NCBI GenBank assembly: GCA_903925515.1
Contig: CAIYFP010000024.1
Coordinates: forward strand, 1-36,592
Reading direction: 5' to 3'
DNA: 36,592 nucleotides
From: an uncultured Verrucomicrobiota bacterium
GTDB taxonomy: Bacteria; Verrucomicrobiota; Verrucomicrobiia; Limisphaerales; UBA9464
Shown: one piece after another, positions 1 through 9,929 of the stretch
Position numbering within the stretch: the first letter of the stretch is position 1
How the letters are laid out: every line of letters starts with the position of its first letter
Made by a program: the position numbers and the translations under genes
Notes under the pieces: generated by a model
Database searches by the model: none
Seen by the model: the letters and a program-made list of their open reading frames with translations, nothing else
Told to the model about the DNA's origin: nothing

Positions 1-253
1 CTTGGTCGCGGGCGAGTCGGGCGTGGTCTCGGTGACATTGCCCCCCGGTGCCAGCACCAACCAGACGCTCGTGGTGGAGGCGGCGAACTTCGGCCGAAAG
101 GTGCCGGTGACCGTCGCCTTGATCCCCGACTCCGGCGCCCGAGTCACGGTGCCGGCGGAAATCGACAACGCAGCCGGGGGCGTCTCGCGCGCGGTGGTGC
201 CGGTGGGGTTTCCCGTCAACGTGACGACTCGCGTCGCGGTCTGGACTCGGTGA
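1..253 (+). CDS. C-terminal fragment of a hypothetical protein (5' end outside window), beta-rich, possibly Ig-like
   Basis: Open frame from window edge to TGA at 251-253; Val/Pro/Thr-rich beta-strand pattern; host-like codon usage. Confidence 0.6.
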   Translation, partial: LVAGESGVVSVTLPPGASTNQTLVVEAANFGRKVPVTVALIPDSGARVTVPAEIDNAAGGVSRAVVPVGFPVNVTTRVAVWTR

Positions 254-431
254 GCGCGGCGAGGCTTGCGGCGTCCGCATGGGCGTCCGGGGTGCCGGGT
301 TTTCGCGGCGGATGGGGTCCCATCCTGGTCATGGCACAGGGCCTTGGGTCTTGAGCCTCATGAGGCCATGTCATGGCGCGGCAAAACCGGGTTGCGTTTT
401 GGTCGAAGGGGGGCCTTTGATACGCACGCGT

Positions 432-2147
432 ATGAACTCCCCCGCAGGCTCCACCGCCACGCTCCCGCGCCATGTCCTCTGGCTCGTCTGCATCATCGCC
501 TCCATTGGCTTCGCCTTCGACACTTACGAGCTCCTCATGCTCCCGCTCGTCGCGGGACCCGCCCTCGCCGAAATCCTCCAGGTCCCGCCCAGCAACCCCC
601 TCGTCACCCAATGGGTCGGCAACCTCCTCTGGATCACCGCCCTCTGCGGCGGCGTCTTCGGCCTCCTCGGCGGCTGGCTCACCGATCGCCTCGGACGCAA
701 GACCGTCCTCGCCGGCAGCATCTTCCTCTACTCCTTCTCCCCAGTCCTCGCCGCCTTCAGCACCTCCCTCCCGTGGTTCCTCGTCTTCCGCTGCGCCACC
801 TTCGTCGGCGTCTGCGTCGAGTTCGTCGCCGCCATCACGTGGCTCGCCGAGTTGTTCCCCGACAAGGGCGCCCGCGAGAAGGCCCTCGGCTGGACCCAGG
901 CCTTTGCATCCGTCGGCGGCATCATGGTCACCGGCGTCAACGCATGGACCCTTGCCCATGCCGCCGATCTCCCCGCCCTCCCCGTCCCCGAGCCCTTCAA
1001 CGCCCATGCCAACTGGCGTTACACGCTCATCTCCGGCCTGCTCCCCGCCATCCCCATCGCCCTCATGCTCCCCTTCGTGCCGGAGTCGCCCGTGTGGCGC
1101 GAACGGCGTCGTTCCGGGAAGCTCACGCGCCCCAGCTTCGGCGAGTTGTTCAGCCCCGCCTTGCGTCGCACGACCCTCGTGACCGCCGCCCTCTCCGCCT
1201 GCGCCTATGGCGTGGCCTTCGGCGCCCTCCAGCTCACCCCCACGCGCATCGTGCCCGGGCTCGCCGACCTCGCCGAGCCGCGCAAGGTCCTCAAGCCGTT
1301 GCAGGACGAGGCCAAGACGCTCAACGCCGGGCTCGACGCCGTCATGCCCGCGTACCGCGACGCCATTGGTTCCACCGCCGGACTTGCCGAGGTCGCGGGC
1401 CAACGCGCCCGCCTGCGCGTCGCCATGCGCTCCCTTCGACGCTCGGCGGACGCCGCGCCCGCCGACGCCAAGGCCGCCCTGACGTCCAAGCTCGCGGGCA
1501 TGACCAACGAGCTGGCGCGCCTCGACGCCGAGCTGGCGAAGGCCACCGAGGGCAAGCCCGACGCCAAGAGGGCGGTCGTCGAACGTGAGAAGGCCATGGG
1601 CCAGATCGCGGCGAACCGCGACAAGCAGGAGGCCGCAGACACCCAGATCAAGGCCCGGGGCAACGCGGTGCAGCTCAAGCAGGAGCTCGGCGGCCTTGCC
1701 GGGCGCATCGCCCTTGCGCTCCTCGTCGTCGCCGCCGTCTCCCGCGGCAAGTTGCTCCGCCTGTTCCAGCTCCCGGGCGTCGTCGTCCTGCCCTTCACCT
1801 ACTACTTCCTCTTCAGGAACAACCCCGACGGGTTCGGCTGGGGCGTCGCGCTTGCCGGGTTCCTCACCGTCGCCCAGTTCAGCTACTTCGGCGAATACCT
1901 CCCCAAGGTCTTCCCGCTGCACCTGCGCGGCACGGGCGGCAGCTTCGCCACCAACGTCGGCGGACGCATGCTCGGCACCTCCGCCGCCTACCTCACGTCC
2001 AACATCCTCGCCCCGATGTTCACAGGGACCACGTTCGAGCAGGTGGCCACGGCGGCGGCGATCACGGGCGGCGTGGCGATGGCATTGGGCGTCGCGCTCA
2101 GCTTCCTGTTGCCTGAACCCAAGGCCGGTGGCATGGACTCCCACTGA
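432..2147 (+). CDS. MFS transporter with a large soluble helical insertion
   Basis: Motif A GWLTDRLGRK, AELFP and EYLPKVFPLHLRGTGGSF motifs, about 12 hydrophobic segments; start moved to ATG 432 (MNSPAG). Confidence 0.9.
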   Translation: MNSPAGSTATLPRHVLWLVCIIASIGFAFDTYELLMLPLVAGPALAEILQVPPSNPLVTQWVGNLLWITALCGGVFGLLGGWLTDRLGRKTVLAGSIFLYSFSPVLAAFSTSLPWFLVFRCATFVGVCVEFVAAITWLAELFPDKGAREKALGWTQAFASVGGIMVTGVNAWTLAHAADLPALPVPEPFNAHANWRYTLISGLLPAIPIALMLPFVPESPVWRERRRSGKLTRPSFGELFSPALRRTTLVTAALSACAYGVAFGALQLTPTRIVPGLADLAEPRKVLKPLQDEAKTLNAGLDAVMPAYRDAIGSTAGLAEVAGQRARLRVAMRSLRRSADAAPADAKAALTSKLAGMTNELARLDAELAKATEGKPDAKRAVVEREKAMGQIAANRDKQEAADTQIKARGNAVQLKQELGGLAGRIALALLVVAAVSRGKLLRLFQLPGVVVLPFTYYFLFRNNPDGFGWGVALAGFLTVAQFSYFGEYLPKVFPLHLRGTGGSFATNVGGRMLGTSAAYLTSNILAPMFTGTTFEQVATAAAITGGVAMALGVALSFLLPEPKAGGMDSH

Positions 2148-2161
2148 CGGAGAGCGCGCGC

Positions 2162-4513
2162 ATGGGACGGATTTGGGCATGGCTGGGATGGCTCGCATGG
2201 GCGGGCTGGATGCACCTGATGGCATCCAGCCCCGCCCCGGCCGACCTCGCCCGCGGCAGCAAGGTCTATCGGGCCGAATGCGCGCGCTGCCATGGCAAGG
2301 ACGGGCAAGGCGTCGCCCGCAAGCGCGCCGAGCCGCTCGCGGGCGACCTCAACCCGGTCGCGCTCGCGGACTACGTCCAACGCACCATGCCCGAGGACGA
2401 ACCCGGCTCGTTGTCCGCCCCGGACGCCCGCGACGTCGCCGCCTACATCCACGCCGAGTTCTATTCCCCGGAGGCAAGGGCCCGCAGGAACCCCGGGCGT
2501 CGCGAGCTTCAGCGCCTCACTCATCTCCAGCACCAAGCCAGCGTCGCGGACATTCTCGCCAGCTTTGGCCCGGTGAAGCAGGCGACCCGGCGGGGCGGCC
2601 TTGCGGCCGAGTACTTCCAGTCCAAGGGCATGAACAAGAAGGAGCGCAGCGCACTCAAGCGCGAGGATCCCGTCATCCGGATGGACTGGGGTACGAACAG
2701 CCCCGTGGCCGACATCACGGCCGACGCCTTCTCGATTGCATGGTCCGGCTCGTTGCTCGCCCAAGAGACGGGCACGTACGACTTCCGCGTCCGCACCCCC
2801 AATGGCGCCCGATTGTACGTCAACGCCGAGATGGCGCCCGGCGACCAGAACCGGCGCGACGACAGCGACGCGCGCCGTTCGCAGGCGTTGATCGACCTTT
2901 GGGTCAGCTCCGGCGGCATGGTCCGCGAGGCCACGGCCTCCATCGCCTTGATCGGCGGCCGCGCCTATCCCCTGCGCTTCGACTTCTTCAAGTTCAAGGA
3001 ACCCCGCGCGTCCGTGCAGCTCGAATGGCGCCCGCCCGGCGGCGCATGGACCGTCGTCCCCTCCCATGTCCTGTCGCCCGAACCGTCCACCGGCTGGGTC
3101 GTGCTCGCCACGCCGTTCCCGGCCGACGACGCGAGCCGGGGATACGAGCGCGGGTCGGCGGTGTCCAAGGCATGGCTGGACGCGGTGACGAAGGCCGCAT
3201 TCGAGACAGCCGACATCGTCGGCGCGCGGCTCGACGCATTCGCGGGGGTTGGCCGCAGCAATCGCATCGAGAAGGTCCGCGTGGAAAGGGTCCGGGCCTT
3301 CTGCTCGACCCTCGGCTCGCGCGCGTTCCGCGGCTCATGGTCCCCCGCGAAGGAGGCGGAGATCGTGGGCGCGGCCTTCAGCAAGGGCGATCCCGTCGAG
3401 TCGGCGGCACGGCGCGCGTTGGTCCGCATCTTCACGGCGCCGGAGTTCCTCTACCCGGGCCTTGATGCCGGGGACGCGGGCCGTCTCCGCGCCTCGGGGC
3501 TCGCGATGGCCTTGTGGGATTCCGTGCCGGACGAGGCGCTCGCGCGGGCGGCGCGCGACGGAGTATTGAAGGACGAGGCCGCCGTCCGGGCACAGGCGAC
3601 GCGGATGCTGGGCGACCCGCGGGCGCGCGCGAAGCTCGCCGGGTTCTTCCGGCATTGGCTCAAGCTCGAGGAGGCGTCGGACCTGTCGAAGGACCCGAAG
3701 GCCTACCCGGGCTTCGACGCCGACCTCGCCTCCGACCTCCACTGGTCCCTCGAAACGTTCGTGGAGGACGTCGCATGGGGTGATCAACCCGACTTCCGCC
3801 GGCTGCTGTTGTCGGAGCATGTGTACGTCAACGAACGGCTCGCGCGGTTCTATGGGGTGGAGGCGCCGGCGACGCCCGGATTCACGCCGGTCCGGCTCGA
3901 CCCCGGGCAACGCGCCGGCGTCCTCACCCACCCGTTGGTCCTCGCCACGTTCTCCTATCACCGCAGCTCCTCCCCCATCCACCGCGGCGTGTTCCTCACC
4001 CGGAACGTGCTCGGCCGGACGTTGCGTCCGCCGCCCATGGCGATCGAGTTCATGGACGACCGGTTCGACCCGTCGCTGACGATGCGGGAGAAGGTGACGG
4101 AGCTGACGGGCAAGGCGGCGTGCATGGGATGCCATGGGACGATCAACCCGCTGGGGTTCAGCCTTGAGCGCTTCGACGCCGTCGGCCGCCTTCGCACGCA
4201 CGACAACCAGAAGCCCGTCGATCCCGTGTCCGAGTACACCGGGCCGGACGGTCGAACCCTCCGCCTCACGGGCGCGCGGGACGTCGCCCGGCTGGCGGCC
4301 GCGAGCCCGGAGGCGCGCCGGGGCTTCGTGCGTCAGTTGTTCCAGCACACATGGAAGCACGGCCCCGAGGCGTTCGACCCCGCGTTGGCATCCCGCCTTG
4401 AGGCGTCGTTCGCGGCGGACCAATGCCACATCCGCAACCTTTGGATCGAGATCGTGACGCAGGGGGTGGCGGCCGTTTCAAGACCGGTGGAAACATCCAA
4501 GGAAAAACGATGA
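2162..4513 (+). CDS. Planctomycete-type cytochrome c / PA14 / DUF1592-DUF1588-DUF1585 domain protein
   Basis: Signal-like N-terminus, CARCH and CMGCH heme motifs, PA14 signature (FSIAWSGSL...GTYDFRVRTPNGARLYVN), LWDSVPDEAL, RAGVLTHP, SSPIHRGVF, LGFSLERFDAVGRLR. Confidence 0.9.
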   Translation: MGRIWAWLGWLAWAGWMHLMASSPAPADLARGSKVYRAECARCHGKDGQGVARKRAEPLAGDLNPVALADYVQRTMPEDEPGSLSAPDARDVAAYIHAEFYSPEARARRNPGRRELQRLTHLQHQASVADILASFGPVKQATRRGGLAAEYFQSKGMNKKERSALKREDPVIRMDWGTNSPVADITADAFSIAWSGSLLAQETGTYDFRVRTPNGARLYVNAEMAPGDQNRRDDSDARRSQALIDLWVSSGGMVREATASIALIGGRAYPLRFDFFKFKEPRASVQLEWRPPGGAWTVVPSHVLSPEPSTGWVVLATPFPADDASRGYERGSAVSKAWLDAVTKAAFETADIVGARLDAFAGVGRSNRIEKVRVERVRAFCSTLGSRAFRGSWSPAKEAEIVGAAFSKGDPVESAARRALVRIFTAPEFLYPGLDAGDAGRLRASGLAMALWDSVPDEALARAARDGVLKDEAAVRAQATRMLGDPRARAKLAGFFRHWLKLEEASDLSKDPKAYPGFDADLASDLHWSLETFVEDVAWGDQPDFRRLLLSEHVYVNERLARFYGVEAPATPGFTPVRLDPGQRAGVLTHPLVLATFSYHRSSSPIHRGVFLTRNVLGRTLRPPPMAIEFMDDRFDPSLTMREKVTELTGKAACMGCHGTINPLGFSLERFDAVGRLRTHDNQKPVDPVSEYTGPDGRTLRLTGARDVARLAAASPEARRGFVRQLFQHTWKHGPEAFDPALASRLEASFAADQCHIRNLWIEIVTQGVAAVSRPVETSKEKR

Positions 4514-5826
4514 AGCGCAGGGAGTTCATGGCACGGCTGGGACGCGGGCTCGCAGTGGGCGCGGCCACCATGCCGTTCTTGTCCGGGTTGCCGTCCATGG
4601 CGGCCAAGGCCTCGCGGGCCCCACGCCAGCGCATCGTCTTCATCTTCTCCCCCAACGGCATCGTGCCGCCGCATTTCTGGCCGGACAACGAGGGCGCGCA
4701 CGGCCCGTTGAAGCGCATCCTCGCGCCCTTGGAGCCCTTCAAGGACCGCCTCATCACGATCCATGGCCTCGCCAACAAGGTGCGCGGCGACGGCGACGGC
4801 CACATGCGCGGCATGAGCTGCCTGCTGACGGGGATCGAGTTGTTCCCGGGCAACATCCAAGGCGGGTCGGACACCCCGGCCGGATGGGCCAGCGGTCCGT
4901 CCATCGACCAAGAAATCGCCCGCTTCCTTTCAAGCAAGGCCGCCACGCGCACCCGGTTCGCGTCCCTTGAGCTCGGCGTCGCCGTCCCCAACCGCGCCGA
5001 CCCATGGACCCGCTGGACCTACGCCGGAGCCAACCAGCCCGTCGCCCCCGTCTCGGACCCGTATCAGGTGTTCGAGCGCTTGTATGGCGGCGCCAAGGAC
5101 CGCGAGGCCATGGCCTCCGTGCTCGACGGCGTGCGCGAGGACCTGCGCCGGGCTTCAAAACGGATGGCACGAGAAGACCGCGAGTTGCTCGAACGTCACG
5201 CCACCGAGGTGCGCGCGCTGGAAAAGGACCTCAAGGAGGCCGCCAAGCAACAGCTGGCCGTGCCGCCGCCCTCGCTGGAACCCGGCGTGGGCACCGACAA
5301 CGACGACATGCCCCGGGCCTCCGCGTTGCAACGTCGCCTGCTCGTCAATGCCCTCGCCAACGACATGACACGCGTCGCGTCGTTGCAGTACACCAACTCC
5401 GTCGGGCAGGCCCGCATGCGATGGCTCGGGGTCGAGGAGGGACACCACTCCCTCTCGCACGATCCCGACCTCAACGAGGGCTCGCAGGAGAAGCTGGTGA
5501 AGATCAACACATGGTTCGCAGCGGAGATCGCGGCCCTAGCCATGGCCCTCGACGCAGTCCCCGAGCCCGGCGGCCATGGCTCGCTCCTCGACCACACCAC
5601 CCTTCTCTGGACCAACGAGCTCGGGAAGGGCAACACCCACGCCCTCGAAAACATCCCCTTCGTGCTCGTCGGCGGCGGCCTCGGGTTCGGCAAGGGCCGC
5701 GCCGTGAAGCTCAAGTCCACCCCGCACAACCGGCTCTGGCTCGCCATGGCCCATGCCGTCGGTCATGAGCTCAAGACCTTCGGCAACCCAAGGTTCTGCG
5801 AGGCCGGCCCCCTTTCCCTCGCCTGA
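4510..5826 (+). CDS. DUF1552 (HXXSHH family) Tat-exported protein
   Basis: MKRREFM twin-arginine signal, FSPNG, SIDQEIA, FASLELGV, HHSLSHD; ATGA overlap with the upstream DUF1592 gene, its usual partner. Confidence 0.9.
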   Translation: MKRREFMARLGRGLAVGAATMPFLSGLPSMAAKASRAPRQRIVFIFSPNGIVPPHFWPDNEGAHGPLKRILAPLEPFKDRLITIHGLANKVRGDGDGHMRGMSCLLTGIELFPGNIQGGSDTPAGWASGPSIDQEIARFLSSKAATRTRFASLELGVAVPNRADPWTRWTYAGANQPVAPVSDPYQVFERLYGGAKDREAMASVLDGVREDLRRASKRMAREDRELLERHATEVRALEKDLKEAAKQQLAVPPPSLEPGVGTDNDDMPRASALQRRLLVNALANDMTRVASLQYTNSVGQARMRWLGVEEGHHSLSHDPDLNEGSQEKLVKINTWFAAEIAALAMALDAVPEPGGHGSLLDHTTLLWTNELGKGNTHALENIPFVLVGGGLGFGKGRAVKLKSTPHNRLWLAMAHAVGHELKTFGNPRFCEAGPLSLA

Positions 5827-5898
5827 CTCGCTCGCCTGCCCCGTTGCCCAGCCGCGCCTCCCGGACCCTCAAGGCATCCCAACACCTCAGAGCCCAAC

Positions 5899-6264
5899 CT
5901 ATCGAATCCGGCCCGCCCCGCCCGAGGCCCCGTTCGTCCCCCTCGGCGCCCGCGCCGTGATCCACACCACCATCTCGTCGGGACGCGCCAACCCCAGTTG
6001 CGCCCGGGCCTCCCGCTCCACCACGCGCGGGTTCTCGCGCAATTGCCGGATGCGATGCGCAAGGCGGGCGGAATGGGCCTTCTTGGCGGCGACGCTGTCC
6101 TTCAGCTCCTGCTCGCGCTGCGCAAGACGCACGTTCGTCCGGATGAGGGGCACGTACTTGAGCGCCGCCACGGCGCCCATCGCGGCCACGATCAGCATCA
6201 CGAGGATCCGGTTGAGCCAACCGAACACCCCAAGGTCCACACGCGCTGATTCATCGCCCGCCAT
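5899..6264 (-). CDS. ftsB: Septum formation initiator FtsB/DivIC family protein
   Basis: Single TM helix, coiled coil, then ENPRVVEREARAQLGLARPDE signature; start placed at ATG 6264. Confidence 0.75.
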   Translation of the reverse strand: MAGDESARVDLGVFGWLNRILVMLIVAAMGAVAALKYVPLIRTNVRLAQREQELKDSVAAKKAHSARLAHRIRQLRENPRVVEREARAQLGLARPDEMVVWITARAPRGTNGASGGAGRIR

Positions 6265-6266
6265 CG

Positions 6267-6644
6267 TTACCGAACGATGTCCTTCCACGTTTGAAGGCGC
6301 TTGTCAGGCCCAAAGTACAGCCGCAATGCCCGTTCCGGCGTCGAATGGATGTCCGTCCCCGCCCAACCCCATCGCCCGCGCCACCCCCATCCCGCCCCCC
6401 ACCCCACCGACGGCCAGCCATAGACCTGCGACCGCTGCACCACCCACTCCGCCACCGTCACGCCGTCCGACGTCGTCTCCTTCTTGTCCGGCGGCCCCAT
6501 CTCCTTCACCGCCTCGTCATAGGAGTACCCGCCCACCCGCTGGTTCCAACGCTTCGTCGTGCCCGTCATGCACCCGCCCGCCATCCAGCAAGCCAGCACC
6601 AACACCACAACCCGGCTCCACTTCAACCATGCTCCCGCGCTCAT
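6267..6644 (-). CDS. Hypothetical lipoprotein (possible SmpA/BamE-like fold)
   Basis: Hydrophobic signal ending in lipobox-like AGGC; MGPPD motif; C-terminal LRLYFGPDKRLQTW. Confidence 0.7.
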   Translation of the reverse strand: MSAGAWLKWSRVVVLVLACWMAGGCMTGTTKRWNQRVGGYSYDEAVKEMGPPDKKETTSDGVTVAEWVVQRSQVYGWPSVGWGAGWGWRGRWGWAGTDIHSTPERALRLYFGPDKRLQTWKDIVR

Positions 6645-6841
6645 GCCCCAACGCTATCGCCGCCTTCCCCCGTCCGCAACGCGCCCGTCCCTCACGCGCC
6701 GCGACCGCGCGCTTCCTCGGGCGCACCCCCATGCCCTCCCTCGCGCCTCGGCGTCCCGCATGGGTCCGACGCGCTCGCGCGCGCACCCGGGCCCAACTTC
6801 CCCGCTTCCACTTCAACCCTTGCTTGCACAGGCTTCCCCCC

Positions 6842-8224
6842 ATGCCGTTGCCCTCAGAAATCATCGCCAGCCTCCGCTCCATCGTGGGCGCCGAGAACGT
6901 CCTCACCTCCCCCGAGGACCTCGTGGTCTATTCCTTCGACGGCACCGCCGCCATCAGCCAATTGCCCGGCTGCGTCGCCTTCGTTGCCTCCACCGACCAT
7001 GTCTCCCGCTGCATGGCCATGGCCCATGCCCGCCGCATCCCCGTCGTCACCCGCGGCTCCGGCACCGGCCTCTCCGGCGGCTCCGTCCCCGCACCCGGCT
7101 GCATCGTCCTCTGCACCGCCAAGATGAGCCGCATCCTCGAGCTCGACGCCGCCAACCTCACCCTCTCCGTCGAGCCGGGCGTCACCACCTTGCAGGTCGC
7201 CGACGCCGCCATCGCCGCCGGGCTCTTCTACCCGCCCGACCCCGGCTCCATGAAGATCTCCACCATCGGCGGCAACGTCGCCGAAAACTCCGGGGGCCTT
7301 CGCGGGCTCAAGTACGGCATCACCCGCAACTACGTCATGGGCCTCACCGTCGTCCTTGCAGACGGCGAGGTCCTCCGGACCGGCAACAAGTGCGTCAAGG
7401 ACGTCGCCGGCTATTCCCTCAAGGACCTCTTTGTCGGCTCCGAGGGCACCCTCGGCATCATCACCGAGGTCCTCCTCAAGCTCATTCCCAAGCCCGCCTC
7501 CAAGAAGACCATGGTCGCCACCTTTGACGCCATGGACGCCGCCGCCCAGACCGTCTCCGACATCATCGCCGCCAAGATCATCCCCTGCACCCTCGAGTTT
7601 CTCGACCGCACCACCATCCGCTGCGTCGAGGACTTCGCGCGCGTCGGCCTTCCCACAGACTGCGAAGCCCTCCTTCTCATGGAGACCGACGGCCACCCCG
7701 CGCAGGTCGCCGAGGAGGCGGACCAGATGGTCGCCATCGCGCGCAGGAACGGCTGCCGCGAGGTCCGCGTCGCCAAGGACGACCACGAGGCCAACCAGCT
7801 CGCCGCCGCGCGCCGCTCCGCGTTCTCCGCCCTCGCCCGCATGTCCCCCACCACCATTCTCGAAGACGCCACCGTCCCACGCAGCGAGCTCGCCCGCATG
7901 GTCCGCTTCGTCGATGACGTCGCCCGGCGCCACAACCTCCGCATCGGCACCTTCGGCCACATGGGCGACGGCAACCTCCACCCCACCTTCCTCACGGACG
8001 AACGCAACCACGCCGAGATGCACCGCATCGAGGAGGCCTTCCGCGAGATCTTCGAGGAGGCCATCCGCCTCGGCGGCACCATCACCGGCGAGCATGGCGT
8101 CGGGCTTGCCAAGAAGTCTTTCCTCCCCCGCTTCGCCGGCGACGCCCAGATGCGCGTCATGCGCGAGCTCAGGAAGGCCCTCGACCCGCACGGCATCCTC
8201 AATCCCGGCAAGATGTTCGACTGA
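6842..8224 (+). CDS. glcD: FAD-linked oxidase, glycolate oxidase subunit GlcD / D-2-hydroxyacid dehydrogenase family
   Basis: RGSGTGLSGG, YPPDPGS, TIGGNVAENSGG, GSEGTLGIIT, GHMGDGNLHP, GTITGEHGVG, DPHGILNPGK; start ATG 6842. Confidence 0.9.
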   Translation: MPLPSEIIASLRSIVGAENVLTSPEDLVVYSFDGTAAISQLPGCVAFVASTDHVSRCMAMAHARRIPVVTRGSGTGLSGGSVPAPGCIVLCTAKMSRILELDAANLTLSVEPGVTTLQVADAAIAAGLFYPPDPGSMKISTIGGNVAENSGGLRGLKYGITRNYVMGLTVVLADGEVLRTGNKCVKDVAGYSLKDLFVGSEGTLGIITEVLLKLIPKPASKKTMVATFDAMDAAAQTVSDIIAAKIIPCTLEFLDRTTIRCVEDFARVGLPTDCEALLLMETDGHPAQVAEEADQMVAIARRNGCREVRVAKDDHEANQLAAARRSAFSALARMSPTTILEDATVPRSELARMVRFVDDVARRHNLRIGTFGHMGDGNLHPTFLTDERNHAEMHRIEEAFREIFEEAIRLGGTITGEHGVGLAKKSFLPRFAGDAQMRVMRELRKALDPHGILNPGKMFD

Positions 8225-8240
8225 ACGCAACCCTCCCGGC

Positions 8241-8678
8241 GTGAACACGGCCCCAAAACCGTCCCCCCCCGCGCTGCCGCATCCGCACGTCCTCCTCTTC
8301 GACGGCACCTGCAACCTCTGCAACGCGACCGTCGCGTTCGTCCTCCCGCGCGACCGCGCCGCGCGTTTCCGCTTCCTGCCCATCCAGTCCGGACGCGGCC
8401 AAGCCCTGTATCGCGCGGCCGGCCTCGACCCCGACGAACCCGACTCCCTCCTGCTCGTCACCGGCGGCCGCATGCTCCTGCGCTCCGACGCCGCCCTTGA
8501 AATCGCGCGGCACCTGGGCTGGCCATGGACGCTCGCCTCGATCTTCCGAGTCGTGCCGCGTTTCCTGAGGGACGCCGCCTACAACCTCGTCGCACGCAAC
8601 CGCCATCGCTGGTTCGGCTCCCGCGACGCCTGCCTCGTCCCCAACCCCGCCTCGCAGGACAGGTTCATCAAGGGGTGA
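8241..8678 (+). CDS. DCC family thiol-disulfide oxidoreductase (DUF393/YuxK-like)
   Basis: VLLFDGTCNLCN (DxxCxxC) and YNLVARNRHRWFG motifs; GTG start at 8241 inferred. Confidence 0.88.
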   Translation: MNTAPKPSPPALPHPHVLLFDGTCNLCNATVAFVLPRDRAARFRFLPIQSGRGQALYRAAGLDPDEPDSLLLVTGGRMLLRSDAALEIARHLGWPWTLASIFRVVPRFLRDAAYNLVARNRHRWFGSRDACLVPNPASQDRFIKG

Positions 8679-8764
8679 CCGCACGCGGCACCCCCACCTT
8701 TTGCCTTGGTTCCACCCCGCGCCATCCACACGCTGGCGCGCAAGGTGCTTCCCAAGGAAAACAC

Positions 8765-9919
8765 ATGAACTGGTACTACGCCGACGGCGGCCAACAACGA
8801 GGCCCCGTGACCGAGGCAGAACTCGCCGGGTTAATCCAATCTGGGGTGGTCAGGCCCGAGACCTTGGTCTGGAGAGACGGCATGGCCGAATGGCGCCCCC
8901 TCGCCGAGGCCCGCCCTGCTGCCCTTGCTTCAACCTCGCCGCAGCCTGCCGTCCCCGCCGTGCCGCCCATGGCACCCGCCCCCACGGCAGGAACCGCCGA
9001 CGGCACCGCCTGCGCGGGCTGCGGCCGCCGGTTTATCCCCGAGGACCTCGTCGATGTCGCGGGGAGCCCCGTCTGCGCGGCGTGCAAGCCCATGATGTTG
9101 CAACGCCTCAGCGAGGGCGCCGCAGGGACGCCCCACGGCGCGGGGACGTCATGGGACGAGGGCACGCTCGGCGAGGAGGATGTCCTTGCGCGCGACTACG
9201 AGGTCCCCGCAGGCGAGGCCGTCCAGGCGGGCGCGCGCGAGCTGTTCGGCCATGCAGGCACGCTCCTGCTCGGCGGTGCGCTGGTCACCTTGGTCATGTT
9301 CGCCATCCAGGCCGTGCCCTACCTCGGCCCCATCGCCGCGCTCATCCTGCAAGGTCCCTTGATGGGCGGGCTGATCCTCGCCTGCCTCAAGCACCTTCGC
9401 ACCGGCCGGATGGAGGTGGGCGACGCGTTCCAAGGCTTCGGCCCCCGCTTTTGGCCCCTGTGCCGGGCACACGTAATCCCGACGCTCTTCGCGTCCCTCG
9501 CCTACATCCCGGTGGTCATCATGGTCGTCGCCGCAGCCGTGGTCGGGATCGCCAGCGGGGCCGGCATGCCGTCGATCACGGGAGTCTCGGTCCTGGTGCT
9601 CGCCATGGCCGGCGTGCTCCTCGTCGGCGGCGTCCTCGTGGGCACGTACCTGACCGTCTCATGGATCTACACGTTGCCGCTGGTCGCCGACCGAGGCTAC
9701 CGCGTGCTTCCCGCGATGAAGCTCAGCAGGCGCTTCGTGGGGCGGCACTTCTGGCAGCATTTGTTCCTGATGATCCTGCTCGGGTTGGTCGGGCTGCTTG
9801 GATTCATCGCCTGCATCGTGGGCATCTTCGTCGCGTTCCCCATCATCATGTTTGCCCAGGCATTCGTGTACAACCGGCTCTTCAAGGGACTGCGCCCCGC
9901 GCAACAAACCTCGTTCTAG
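8765..9919 (+). CDS. GYF_2 (DUF4339) domain membrane protein with a CxxC...CxxC zinc knuckle
   Basis: MNWYYADGGQQRGPV...TLVWRDGMAEWRPL; CAGC...CAAC; multi-TM C-terminal half. Confidence 0.85.
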   Translation: MNWYYADGGQQRGPVTEAELAGLIQSGVVRPETLVWRDGMAEWRPLAEARPAALASTSPQPAVPAVPPMAPAPTAGTADGTACAGCGRRFIPEDLVDVAGSPVCAACKPMMLQRLSEGAAGTPHGAGTSWDEGTLGEEDVLARDYEVPAGEAVQAGARELFGHAGTLLLGGALVTLVMFAIQAVPYLGPIAALILQGPLMGGLILACLKHLRTGRMEVGDAFQGFGPRFWPLCRAHVIPTLFASLAYIPVVIMVVAAAVVGIASGAGMPSITGVSVLVLAMAGVLLVGGVLVGTYLTVSWIYTLPLVADRGYRVLPAMKLSRRFVGRHFWQHLFLMILLGLVGLLGFIACIVGIFVAFPIIMFAQAFVYNRLFKGLRPAQQTSF

Positions 9920-9929
9920 CCACGCCGAC

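Noticed and set aside
355-376. 12-bp palindrome GCCTCATGAGGC and adjacent CCATGTCATGG upstream of the MFS gene
   Set aside because: Could be an operator, but no regulator, second copy or promoter context supports it; short palindromes are expected by chance
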